This document shows positions 11,445 to 20,610 of a DNA stretch of 64,000 nt, one piece after another. The notes below the pieces were generated by a model. It was not told the origin of the DNA, did no database searches, and saw nothing but the letters and a program-made list of their open reading frames with translations. Each line of letters starts with the position of its first letter. Within the stretch, counting starts at the first letter, position 1. Made by a program: the position numbers and the translations under genes. This DNA is from an uncultured delta proteobacterium (GTDB taxonomy: Bacteria > Desulfobacterota > Desulfobacteria > Desulfobacterales > SpSt-501), in contig CAVQTH010000023.1 of the NCBI GenBank assembly GCA_963716325.1, forward strand, positions 65,155-129,154, in the 5' to 3' direction.

Positions 11445-12263
11445 ATGGCGAAGGTGAATGTCCTCGTCCTGACCGGATACGGGCTCAATTGCGACTATGA
11501 GACGGCGCACGCCTTCGAACAGGCCGGCGCCGCGGCTCACCGGGTCCACATCAACTCGGTCATCGACGGGTCCGTGCGCTTGGAAGACCATCACGTCCTG
11601 GTTTTCATCGGCGGGTTCGGTTGGGGGGACGACCACGGCGCCGGGGTCATCCAGGCGGTACGGTTCAAGACCCATCTCGGCCGGCGCCTGCTCGACTTCG
11701 TCGAGCGGGGCCGTCTGGTGCTCGGCATCTGCAACGGCTTCCAGGCCCTCGTGAATCTGGGGCTCCTGCCGGGCTTTGACGGCGACTACCGCTCGCGCTC
11801 GGTGGCGCTCATCAACAACGAATGCGGCAACTTCCGCAACCAGTGGGTTCGCCTGGCGGTCAACCCCCAGTCGCCCTGCCTTTTCACGAAAGGAATCCGA
11901 TTGGCGGATCTCCCGGTGCGCCACGGGGAAGGCAAGCTTTACGCCGACGACCAGGTGATCGAGCGGCTCACGCAGAACCACCAGATCGTTCTGCGCTATG
12001 CGCTCCCGGACGGAAGCCCGGCCGGCGGCCGCTTCCCTTACAACCCCAACGGGTCCGTGGAAGACATCGCAGGCATCTGCGACTCGACCGGACGCGTCTT
12101 CGGCTTGATGCCGCACCCCGAGGCCTACAACGACTGGACCAACCACCCGGACTGGCTGCGGGAACGGGAAGCGGCGAAACGCGAGGGAAAGCCGTTCGGA
12201 GTTGGCCCGACCGTCGGCATCCAGATCTTCCGAAACGCAGTGGCCTACCTGCAGGGTTGCTGA
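11445..12263 (+). CDS. purQ: phosphoribosylformylglycinamidine synthase glutamine amidotransferase subunit (PurQ-type)
   Basis: Class-I GATase nucleophile elbow LGICNGFQAL and C-terminal MPHPE. Lies directly downstream of purL. Confidence 0.85.
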   Translation: MAKVNVLVLTGYGLNCDYETAHAFEQAGAAAHRVHINSVIDGSVRLEDHHVLVFIGGFGWGDDHGAGVIQAVRFKTHLGRRLLDFVERGRLVLGICNGFQALVNLGLLPGFDGDYRSRSVALINNECGNFRNQWVRLAVNPQSPCLFTKGIRLADLPVRHGEGKLYADDQVIERLTQNHQIVLRYALPDGSPAGGRFPYNPNGSVEDIAGICDSTGRVFGLMPHPEAYNDWTNHPDWLREREAAKREGKPFGVGPTVGIQIFRNAVAYLQGC

Positions 12264-12643
12264 AAACCGGCGAGCGGCATCCCCCAAGGGTGCAGGGCGC
12301 CATGGTTCCCGGCCTGCGAGCAGATTCATTTTTGAACTCCTAGTTCCCCGTTTGTAATCGACGGCCCTCCTCCGTCGGTCCTTTTCATCCACTTCTTCGG
12401 ACCCTTCCTTTTCGAGCCTCTCCGGCTCTAAAAAGTTTTTATAACCCATTAATAGAGTTAATAACCCGGGACCTTCCGCCGGAGGGTGGCCACACCGTTT
12501 GAGCCAGCGCCGACGCCCTTTTTCCATTCTCTCCGCAAGGCTCAAAGAATCACAATTGCTTCGATTTATCGAACAGTTAACTTCCGCACGATTCAATTGT
12601 AGAAAGCGTTGCCCACCTTTCTGCGGGACCCACCCGAATGACA

Positions 12644-12659
12644 TGGCACAAGTTTTGAA
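12644..12659 (+). promoter_or_regulatory. candidate sigma-54 (-24/-12) promoter of minor-pilin operon 1
   Basis: TGGCACA-AGTT-TTGAA versus consensus TGGCACG-N4-TTGCW. The -12 element is GA rather than GC. Lies about 40 nt upstream of ATG 12697. Confidence 0.35.
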
Positions 12660-12696
12660 GAATCAGCCCTTGAATTCATGCGAGGAGTGTCTGCAC

Positions 12697-13179
12697 ATGC
12701 GTCGCGATTCCGGTTTCACGGCCCTCGAGGTGGCGATCACACTGGCGATCGTCGCCATTCTGGCATCCGTCACGATGCCGTCGTTCTTGAAGTGGCTGCA
12801 GGCCTTTCGCTTGAGGGGCGCGGCCATCAACCTCATGGCCGACATTGAAATGGCCAAGGTCCGGGCGATCCGCGAAGGGGCCTTGGTGAGCATTCAGTTC
12901 TCAGAGAACAGATACCAGGTGTTTTTCGACAACGGCGCTTCCTGCGTGACCGCCAGCAAAACGCGTGACGGAGCCGAGGGGTTGATCCAGGATCGCCGGT
13001 TGCCGACGGCCGTCAGGGTCTCGCTGGCGGATCTGATCCTGCCGCAGCCCGGGATTTGCTTCGACAGCCGGGGGCAGGCTCCCGAATTGGCGGCCGCCGC
13101 GGTGCTCATCCCGCTGGAGAACGACTCTGGCCGCAAGAACGTCCGGGTCAATCGGCTCGGCAGCGTCAGAATTCAATAG
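12697..13179 (+). CDS. GspH/FimT-family type IV minor pilin
   Basis: Prepilin N-terminus MRRDSG|FTALEVAITLAIVAILA followed by a FimT-like segment (RLRGAAINLMADIEMAKVRAI). The track ORF starts at 12499; ATG 12697 gives a normal short leader peptide. Confidence 0.8.
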   Translation: MRRDSGFTALEVAITLAIVAILASVTMPSFLKWLQAFRLRGAAINLMADIEMAKVRAIREGALVSIQFSENRYQVFFDNGASCVTASKTRDGAEGLIQDRRLPTAVRVSLADLILPQPGICFDSRGQAPELAAAAVLIPLENDSGRKNVRVNRLGSVRIQ

Positions 13180-13196
13180 GCACAGGGAATGATGTT

Positions 13197-13610
13197 ATGA
13201 GCCAAGCGGTTTTCAATCTTAAAAACGCCAAGGGGTTTTCCTTCATCGAGCTGTTGATTGCCATGGCCATCCTCGCGATGGGTATGATGGCTGCCGTTTC
13301 CATGCATTTCGGTTCGACACGCAACAACACCAAGGGAAACATCTACACCCAGGCCAACATGCTAGCCAAGGCCCAGCTCGAGAATCTCAAGAACCAGGAT
13401 GTCGATTTGCTGATGGCCGGCGGTCCTTACCAGGACCCCAACAACCCCGTCAATGCGAGCGGACAGGCCGGTGGCATCTACACCCGCAGCTGGACGATCG
13501 ATACCCTGGGCACCGGGGCCCGTCGCATCACGGTAACGGTGCAGTGGAACCGCAGGGGGGCGCCTGGCAGCGTGGTGATTTCATCGAACACCAAAGGCAG
13601 CGGTGTATGA
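13197..13610 (+). CDS. pilV: type IV pilus minor pilin, PilV-like
   Basis: N-terminal methylation motif KG|FSFIELLIAMAILAMG. About 137 aa. Lies in a minor-pilin operon. Confidence 0.75.
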   Translation: MSQAVFNLKNAKGFSFIELLIAMAILAMGMMAAVSMHFGSTRNNTKGNIYTQANMLAKAQLENLKNQDVDLLMAGGPYQDPNNPVNASGQAGGIYTRSWTIDTLGTGARRITVTVQWNRRGAPGSVVISSNTKGSGV

Positions 13611-14221
13611 CCATGAACGGCTCTGCAGACACCCGTTTCCGAGATTCTAAGTTTTCCCGGTGCGTTTCCTCCGCCGGTTTCTCAATGGTGGAAATGCTGC
13701 TGGTGTTGGGCGCGCTGGCGGTCTTGTTCGGCGCCATCTACTCGGGGTTCGAACGGCTCAGCCGTTCCTACACCGCGGAGAACGTCAAGGCCGGCACCCA
13801 GCAAAGCGCGCGCATCGGCGTGGAGACGATGATCCAGGACATGCGGCTGACCGGGCTCAACCCCCTGGGCACCGCCGGCGCCGGGGTTGTGGCGGCCACC
13901 CCCACAAGCTTCCAATTTACGGCCGACGTCAACTTTGACGGGGATGTAGACGACCCGTTTGAAAACATCACCTATCGACTGTCCGGCACGAATCTCGAGC
14001 AGGTCAACCACCTCGGCACGGAGGTGCTGCTCGAGAACGTCACCGCACTGGCGTATACGTATTTTGACGACACGGGGACCGCCATCCCCCCGGCCAACCT
14101 GGCGGCCCGCCTGGTTGACATCCGCACGGTCGGCATGACGCTGACCGTCAGCCGTCCCGCGGGGCGCAACCAGCAGGTCTCCCGGACCTACGACACCCAG
14201 GTCCGGTGCCGCAACATGTGA
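13607..14221 (+). CDS. pilW: type IV pilus minor pilin, PilW-like
   Basis: AG|FSMVEMLLVLGAL prepilin motif, then a PilW-like TQQSARIGVETMIQDMRLTG. ATGA overlap with the upstream gene. Confidence 0.72.
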   Translation: MTMNGSADTRFRDSKFSRCVSSAGFSMVEMLLVLGALAVLFGAIYSGFERLSRSYTAENVKAGTQQSARIGVETMIQDMRLTGLNPLGTAGAGVVAATPTSFQFTADVNFDGDVDDPFENITYRLSGTNLEQVNHLGTEVLLENVTALAYTYFDDTGTAIPPANLAARLVDIRTVGMTLTVSRPAGRNQQVSRTYDTQVRCRNM

Positions 14222-14239
14222 GAAAGGCACAAGTCCGCC

Positions 14240-14818
14240 ATGATGAATACCGCCCGACGCATTCTCGGCAACGAAAACGGCTTCGTGCTCGGCGCCTCCA
14301 TCTTGATCTCGGCCATTTTGCTGCTGGCCGGGGTCCTGGCCCTCTGGACGTCAAGCACGGAGATGCACGTCGTTCGCAACGAGAACGAACTCACCCGCGA
14401 ATTCTACAATGCCGAAGGAGGGGTGATCGACGCCATCGAGAATTATGATACGGGCGCCATGGAGTGGCTGACCGATGCGTTTCTGCTCGCCGCGCGTACG
14501 ACGGCGGGGGTGGTCCGCACATCGACCAACTCCGGCGGCCAGACCGTGGCAACGGTCGAAGTACGTTGCATTTACGATAATGTCGAAGAGGGAGTGGCCC
14601 CTCCTTCTCCCCCAAACGAGAATCTCAGCGCGCCGGTATCCGGGCTCAGCTCGGCCGCCAACACGGTGCCCTCACAGCGGCACATCTCCTCGCCGCCGGA
14701 AGGCTCCGGCTTCAGCCTGAAATACTTCGAGGTGCGCCGCTACGGCATCACGGCCACCTCGGAAACCGGCAACACGCGGGTCCAGGTCGGCGCCTACAAG
14801 GTCTTCAACAAGTATTGA
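14240..14818 (+). CDS. pilX: pilus assembly protein PilX-like
   Basis: PilX N-terminal pattern GNENGFVLGASILISAILLLAGVLAL. Positioned between pilW and pilY1. Confidence 0.65.
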   Translation: MMNTARRILGNENGFVLGASILISAILLLAGVLALWTSSTEMHVVRNENELTREFYNAEGGVIDAIENYDTGAMEWLTDAFLLAARTTAGVVRTSTNSGGQTVATVEVRCIYDNVEEGVAPPSPPNENLSAPVSGLSSAANTVPSQRHISSPPEGSGFSLKYFEVRRYGITATSETGNTRVQVGAYKVFNKY

Positions 14819-14856
14819 TGCTAAGTTCCAGTCGCTTGCGAAAAGGAGGCTTCGGC

Positions 14857-17800
14857 ATGAAACGATATGTACTGGTTACACTTCTGGCGATCTTCGGCTG
14901 CACCCCGATTCTGTGGGCGGACGACACCGAGATCTACGGCACGATCAACAACCCCTCGCTCGAGCCCAACGTCCTGATCCTCTTCGACACCTCGGGGAGC
15001 ATGGCAACCGATGATGTGCCGGGCAGCCCTTATGCTCCAGCCACGGACTACTCAAACCCATACAACGGCGCAACCTATTCGGCCAACGCCGTGTACCGGT
15101 ACAACAGCCTGAGCGGCAACTGGGTTCTTTTTAACAACAACATCGACAGCATCATTTGCCCTTCGATCAAAAACGACCTTCTCACCAAGGGGTACGCGCA
15201 GGCGCGGCTCAATATGTCCACCTTGAACTGCGGCAGCCTGCAGGACCCGCGACCGAGATTGCGCATCGGCAACTACATGAATTATGTCGCACGAGGAATC
15301 GGAGACACCACCCGGCCGCGCATCGATGTGGCCAAGGACGTCCTGACGGACCTCATTCTGAACACCACCGGCGTCCGTTTCGGAATGTTTGTGTTCAACT
15401 ACGACCAGGGCGGTCGTCCGATCGCGGCGTGCGGCGCCGACCAGACAGCGCTTCTGACCTCTCTGTGGGATGCGTCCCCGAACGGGTGGACGCCGCTGGC
15501 CGAGACCCTGGCCGAGATCGGGCTTTACTTCGCGGGCAAACCGAGCTGGTACAACTCGGGCGGATTTCCATCCGGAAGCTACAGCGGGGGGCATTACGTT
15601 TCGCCCATGCAGGAACGCTGTCAGAAGAACTATGTCATCATCATGACCGACGGCGAACCCACCCAGGACCGTGACAGCCGCCTGTATGCGACGCCCTACA
15701 TCAACGGCGACCTCATCGGCGACTACAACAACGACCAGACACCCTGCGACCCGACCAACCACAGAGAATATTGGGACCCCACCCAGGGCTGCTCGGCCTA
15801 TGGATCCAACGGATCGGACTACCTGGACGACGTCGCCCAGTACCTCTATGAAAACGACTGCAACCCAACCATGGGCGACGGGACTTCCTTTGACAAGCAG
15901 AATATCACCACCTTTACCATCGGGTTCCAGGTCAACCACTCGCTGCTCAAACGAACGGCCGCCGGCGGAGGCGGAGACTATTTCACGGCGGGGAATCACT
16001 CGGAGCTGAAAGAAGCCTTCGATCAGATCATGTCGAGCATCGTCGAGAAGAACGCCTGCTACGTGGCGCCGGTGGTCCCCATCAGCCGCATGAACCGGGT
16101 GTTTGCCGGCGACAAGATCTACCTCGGTTTTTTCAAGCCCCAGCAGAGCGGACGCTGGTTCGGCAACATCAAGCGCTACGGGCTCAAACCGGACGGGACC
16201 CTCGTGGACGCCAAGAGCCCCTATCCCAACGGCGACGTGGTAACGACCCCTGACGGGTTGATCAAGGACAACGCCCGTTCCTGGTGGACCAGCCTCGGCA
16301 ATGACGGCCCCGCGGTGGAAAGCGGCGGTGCCGCCGAAGCGTTGAACCTCCAGGTCTCATCGGGGGCGACACGCAACGTCTACACTTACACCGGGACCCA
16401 GGCGGCGCTGACCGACTCCTCCAACGCCTTCGTTGCTGCCAACACCGTCATCACCAAGGCCCTTCTCAACGTGGCGGATGACACGGCGCGCGAAAACCTT
16501 TTCACCACCGTTCGCGATGGATGGTTCGGCGATGTCATCCATTCCGAACCGGCGGTGGTGGTCTACACCGACAGAACCGTAATCTATGTCGGTGCCAACG
16601 ATGGGCTGCTGCACGCCATCGACGACGACACCGGGCAGGAATTATGGAGTTTCGTTCCGCCGGATCAGTTAAACCGGCTTTACCTTCTGAACGACGCCGA
16701 CCACGACTACTTCGTCGACGGCTCACCGACCGTCCACTATGGTAATGGTCAAAAAACCCTGATCGTCGGCTCGCGCCGGGGCGGCCATTCCTACACGGCG
16801 CTTGACATCAGCGACTACAGCGCCCCGCGCTACCTTTACAGCATCGGTCCCGACATTCTCGGCCCCACACCCACCAATTACGAGCGCCTGGGGCAATCGT
16901 GGGCGCGGCCGGACAAGGTCACAGTGGCCACCGGGTCCACGGTGACCGAATCAGGCTGCGGAGTGAACGTCACGGTCAGCACCGCCGATGTATTCCTGTT
17001 TGCCGGCGGCTATGACACCAACCAGGACAATCATCCGGTAACTTCAGCGGACGGCCTGGGCCGGGCGGTGTTCGGCGTGAACATGGAGACCGGGGCCGTG
17101 GTCAGCAGCCTCAAGTTCACGCCGGCCACGCATTCGACTTTAGGGCTGAGCAATGCCGTCGTGGATGTCTCCGGCTTCGACCACGACGGTGACGGCATCG
17201 TCAGCCGCATCTATTTCGGCGATCTGGGCGGGGCCGTCTTTGCGCTGAAGGACGACCAGGTCCAGACGTACACGCCTTGTTCCCAGACCATCACGCAAAA
17301 CGTGGTCGACGGCGTCTGGTCGGGGATGAAGCTGTTCCAGACCCCCACGCTGAGCGGGAACAAGCTCAAGATTCTCTATGCGCCGGATGCCGTGGCCGAA
17401 AAATACCCGCCCAGCACCCACGGCGAATACATATACTTCGGCACCGGAGACAGGGAAAACCCGGGCGACACCACCATGGTCAACCGGTTCTATGCCGTCA
17501 AGAACGACTGGACGGCAACCGCCCCGTACACCGAATCCAACCTGGTGGACGTCACGAGCAACGACATCCAGCTTGGTACAGCCGCCGAAAAGGCGGCTGT
17601 CAAAACCCTCCTGGAGACTCGTAAGGGTTGGTATATCCGGCTGGAAAACGCAGGGGAAAAAGTGGTTTCATCGCCGCGCGTTTACGGGGGTGTGGTGTAC
17701 TTCACCACCTACACGCCGTCGGACGACTCCGGCATCAACCCCACGGACCCCTGCGCGGCATCGACGGTGCGCGGCGTCTCCCGACTGTACGCCGTGGACT

Positions 17801-18045
17801 ACAAAACCGGAGGGGCCGTGCACGAATTCAGCGCGACGCCTGAAACCGACCACTCCGGCTACGCCGTGAGCCTCGGCAAGCTGGACCGGTCGCTATCGGT
17901 GGGCACCGCGATCCCTTCGGCGCCGGTCATCGCCGTTCTCTCGGGCGGCGCGCGCCTTTTCATCGGCGTCGAGGGCGGCATCGTCAGCCTGCCGACCATC
18001 GCCACCCAGGACATGTACCGGTACTACTGGAACCAGATCTTCTGA
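14857..18045 (+). CDS. pilY1: PilY1/PilC-family pilus tip adhesin with N-terminal von Willebrand A domain
   Basis: Signal peptide MKRYVLVTLLAIFG. vWA MIDAS motif LILFDTSGSM. C-terminal PilY1 beta-propeller motifs (YVGANDGLLHAIDDDTGQELWSFVP). AAAAGGAGG RBS before ATG 14857. Confidence 0.85.
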   Translation: MKRYVLVTLLAIFGCTPILWADDTEIYGTINNPSLEPNVLILFDTSGSMATDDVPGSPYAPATDYSNPYNGATYSANAVYRYNSLSGNWVLFNNNIDSIICPSIKNDLLTKGYAQARLNMSTLNCGSLQDPRPRLRIGNYMNYVARGIGDTTRPRIDVAKDVLTDLILNTTGVRFGMFVFNYDQGGRPIAACGADQTALLTSLWDASPNGWTPLAETLAEIGLYFAGKPSWYNSGGFPSGSYSGGHYVSPMQERCQKNYVIIMTDGEPTQDRDSRLYATPYINGDLIGDYNNDQTPCDPTNHREYWDPTQGCSAYGSNGSDYLDDVAQYLYENDCNPTMGDGTSFDKQNITTFTIGFQVNHSLLKRTAAGGGGDYFTAGNHSELKEAFDQIMSSIVEKNACYVAPVVPISRMNRVFAGDKIYLGFFKPQQSGRWFGNIKRYGLKPDGTLVDAKSPYPNGDVVTTPDGLIKDNARSWWTSLGNDGPAVESGGAAEALNLQVSSGATRNVYTYTGTQAALTDSSNAFVAANTVITKALLNVADDTARENLFTTVRDGWFGDVIHSEPAVVVYTDRTVIYVGANDGLLHAIDDDTGQELWSFVPPDQLNRLYLLNDADHDYFVDGSPTVHYGNGQKTLIVGSRRGGHSYTALDISDYSAPRYLYSIGPDILGPTPTNYERLGQSWARPDKVTVATGSTVTESGCGVNVTVSTADVFLFAGGYDTNQDNHPVTSADGLGRAVFGVNMETGAVVSSLKFTPATHSTLGLSNAVVDVSGFDHDGDGIVSRIYFGDLGGAVFALKDDQVQTYTPCSQTITQNVVDGVWSGMKLFQTPTLSGNKLKILYAPDAVAEKYPPSTHGEYIYFGTGDRENPGDTTMVNRFYAVKNDWTATAPYTESNLVDVTSNDIQLGTAAEKAAVKTLLETRKGWYIRLENAGEKVVSSPRVYGGVVYFTTYTPSDDSGINPTDPCAASTVRGVSRLYAVDYKTGGAVHEFSATPETDHSGYAVSLGKLDRSLSVGTAIPSAPVIAVLSGGARLFIGVEGGIVSLPTIATQDMYRYYWNQIF

Positions 18046-18062
18046 TGCAAAGGAGAGTTTTC

Positions 18063-18542
18063 ATGACAATCAAGATCGCATCGTGGCAGGGCATCGGATC
18101 GGCCGTTCTGGTACTCATCGGCCTGGCGGCAACCCCGGCCTGGTCCGCGGAGCAGAAGGTCAATGAAACGGTGAGCATTGTGAGAACCATTGACCTCGAT
18201 GAGTGCGAACCCATCAAAATCCGGGCCAAAATCATGGAGGTCAACTCTGAAAAGGGGACCTTGGTGGTGGTCGAGCGCGAAATCCGTGAGATCGACTTCG
18301 ACAAGGGCGGCCAGCGGATCAAGACCTCCTATCTGAACATCGAAGGCAAACCGGAACCCCGGGCCGCGTTTCGACCGGGTCAATACGTGCTGGTGAAAGG
18401 TTTTCAGCACCCTGATGGGTTCATGGTCGCCTCAGTAGTCCAAAAAATCGAAAAACCGGCTGAAAAGAAAACGAGCTATAAACCCGTCGCAGAAGGCCAG
18501 AGAGCGTCGCGCAGGAATTCGGCAGCTGCTCGACCTCGATGA
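18063..18542 (+). CDS. small secreted protein of unknown function, coupled to pilY1
   Basis: Signal peptide MTIKIASWQGIGSAVLVLIGLAATPAWS|AEQ and a basic C-terminal tail. AAGGAGA RBS before ATG 18063. An alternative ATG at 18045 overlaps the pilY1 stop. Confidence 0.6.
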   Translation: MTIKIASWQGIGSAVLVLIGLAATPAWSAEQKVNETVSIVRTIDLDECEPIKIRAKIMEVNSEKGTLVVVEREIREIDFDKGGQRIKTSYLNIEGKPEPRAAFRPGQYVLVKGFQHPDGFMVASVVQKIEKPAEKKTSYKPVAEGQRASRRNSAAARPR

Positions 18543-18543
18543 A

Positions 18544-18575
18544 ACCGAAGCAGCTTCGGTATTAACTTCTTTTAT
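18544..18575 (+). terminator. possible intrinsic terminator after pilin operon 1
   Basis: ACCGAAGC/GCTTCGGT hairpin followed by a T-rich stretch (ATTAACTTCTTTTA). Confidence 0.45.
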
Positions 18576-18768
18576 ACGGTTTAAATGTTCTTTAGGATGG
18601 CCGGCCGACGCCCTCCTTTCGGGGGATTTTCGATAAATCCATCGCAGGGGGCGGTCCCGAACGATTATTAAATATTAATAAGTATTTACAATAAGTTAAT
18701 TCGAAATACGGTAGGGGTGAAGCCCGTCTGCCCGCAGAGACACACAGACAAGAGCAGCTTCTAAGAGG

Positions 18769-18784
18769 TGGCATGCAATTTGCT
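18769..18784 (+). promoter_or_regulatory. sigma-54 (-24/-12) promoter of minor-pilin operon 2
   Basis: TGGCATG-CAAT-TTGCT, a near-perfect match to TGGCACG-N4-TTGCW with correct spacing. Lies about 48 nt upstream of ATG 18832. An AT-rich tract lies upstream at 18665-18715. Confidence 0.6.
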
Positions 18785-18831
18785 AAAGTTGTTGGCAAGT
18801 CCCATCCAACAGCGCAAAACAGGTGAAAGAC

Positions 18832-19272
18832 ATGCTGCGGAAAAATGACGGATTCAGCCTCAACGAGCTCATGATCATCATCGGCATCATCGCCCTGGTG
18901 TGCGGCATCGCGATGCCGAGTCTCATCGGATACCTGCCTAAGTACCGCATGGGAAGCGCCGCGCGGGACATCCTGGGGACCCTCGAGTTCGCACGGTTGA
19001 CCGCTGTGAAACGCAATGCAACCACCTTGGTTACGCTGGACTACGCCAATAACCTCGTGCGCATAACGGTAGGCACCGACACCGTGCGCGCGGTGCGGAT
19101 GCCCAAGGGAGTCGACCTGAAAGAGCCCGCATCCCAATCCCTGGGCGCTTCGTTTAATTTCAACGGCCAGGGAATGGCGGACAAGTCCGGCGAAGTGCTC
19201 ATCTCGAATGGCGGACGCTATCCGGATAAAAAGGTCACCCTGAGTGCGGGCGGCAGCATCAAGATTCAATAA
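18832..19272 (+). CDS. GspH/FimT-family type IV minor pilin (second copy)
   Basis: MLRKNDG|FSLNELMIIIGIIAL prepilin leader and a FimT-like body. AGGTGA RBS 5 nt before ATG 18832. The track start at 18823 is a GTG. Confidence 0.78.
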   Translation: MLRKNDGFSLNELMIIIGIIALVCGIAMPSLIGYLPKYRMGSAARDILGTLEFARLTAVKRNATTLVTLDYANNLVRITVGTDTVRAVRMPKGVDLKEPASQSLGASFNFNGQGMADKSGEVLISNGGRYPDKKVTLSAGGSIKIQ

Positions 19273-19296
19273 TCCAAATGATCGGCGGACCATGTC

Positions 19297-20082
19297 ATGA
19301 AGGTGATGAAAAGAGATAAGCGCGGATTCACCCTGGTGGAGCTGATGGTGACCCTGGCCATTTCCTCCATCGCCTTGGCGGGGATGTACGGCGTCTACAA
19401 GGCGCAGCTCATGTCGCACGTTACCCAGAACGCCGTGGTGGACACCCAGCAAAACCTGCGCAACACATTTTACATCATGCAACGGACCATCCGCATGGCC
19501 GGATTCGACCCGGCCCGCAACCTGAGGGTGGAGGAAGCAGCGGACGGCAAACAGCGGCGGGGGGTCCATGGCAGATTCACGGAACTCTGCGAGGACGGCC
19601 GTTTGACCGGCGCCTGTGGGACGGGCTACACCAACGCGATGTCCGGCGCAAATGCCATCGCCTTTGCCTTCAACGACACCGCCAGCCTTTTCGACGGGAC
19701 CCAATGCACGACCTATCCGTTAAACGACCTGAGTTGTGTCAACCTTGAGGCCCTGGACAGCGAACTGGTCGCGTTTCGGTTGAACAACGGCGCGATCGAA
19801 CGTTACGGTCCGCAGACCGGCTGGAAAACCATTGCCGAAAATATCGAATCGCTCACCTTTGAATATTTGGATGACACGTTGAGCGTTCTTGCTCCGCCGG
19901 CCGCAGACAATGCAGCCGGCTGGCTGGCGTTGAACAACAACCTGCGATCCGTGCGGATCACCATCGAAGCGAAGGCGATCGCGGATGGCCACCATCCTCT
20001 GATCAACCAGAAAAAGGCCGATTTCACGAACAACCGTATCCTGACGGCCCAGGTCAGAGTTCGCAACAGCGGCGTGGAATGA
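19297..20082 (+). CDS. pilW: type IV pilus minor pilin, PilW-like (second copy)
   Basis: KRG|FTLVELMVTLAISSIALAG, then PilW-like QQNLRNTFYIMQRTIRMAG. Confidence 0.72.
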   Translation: MKVMKRDKRGFTLVELMVTLAISSIALAGMYGVYKAQLMSHVTQNAVVDTQQNLRNTFYIMQRTIRMAGFDPARNLRVEEAADGKQRRGVHGRFTELCEDGRLTGACGTGYTNAMSGANAIAFAFNDTASLFDGTQCTTYPLNDLSCVNLEALDSELVAFRLNNGAIERYGPQTGWKTIAENIESLTFEYLDDTLSVLAPPAADNAAGWLALNNNLRSVRITIEAKAIADGHHPLINQKKADFTNNRILTAQVRVRNSGVE

Positions 20083-20573
20083 CGGGAAAAGGACGGGCGC
20101 TTATGCACGGGCGATTGAATTCCGAACAATGCAATGCCGACATGGAAACCGGGTTTTCCCTGATTGAAGTGCTGGTGGCCCTGGCGGTTTTTTCCATCGG
20201 GCTGCTTGCGATCTTCAGCATGCATTTTTCCTCCATCAAGACCAACGTGGTGGCACGTGGAGTAACGGAAAACATCACCGTGGCCACCGCCAAGGCGGAG
20301 CAGCTGATGGCCCTGGCCTATGATCATGCCGACCTGGCAGCCGGCAGCTATCAGAAGGCCCAGAATGCCGACGGCATCGACAACAACCTGGACGGTCGAG
20401 TGGACGAGGCCGGGGAGACCGGCCACCTCCGGATCGATTGGGATGTCCAGGATGAATGCCTGGGCGCAGACTTCCAGGGTCACAAATGCGTTCAGATCCA
20501 CGTGAGTTCCAATGTCAACGGGAAACGGGTCAAGGAGATCCGGTTGGATTTCATCAAGACCAACATGATGTAG
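20079..20573 (+). CDS. pilV: type IV pilus minor pilin, PilV-like (second copy)
   Basis: TG|FSLIEVLVALAVFSIGLLAI, a classic PilV N-terminus. ATGA overlap with the upstream gene. Internal ATGs at 20103 and 20142 would give a shorter leader. Confidence 0.72.
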   Translation: MTGKGRALMHGRLNSEQCNADMETGFSLIEVLVALAVFSIGLLAIFSMHFSSIKTNVVARGVTENITVATAKAEQLMALAYDHADLAAGSYQKAQNADGIDNNLDGRVDEAGETGHLRIDWDVQDECLGADFQGHKCVQIHVSSNVNGKRVKEIRLDFIKTNMM

Positions 20574-20610
20574 GTTCACGCGGCCACCGTCCAATGGGCG
20601 CCGGCCGAAC

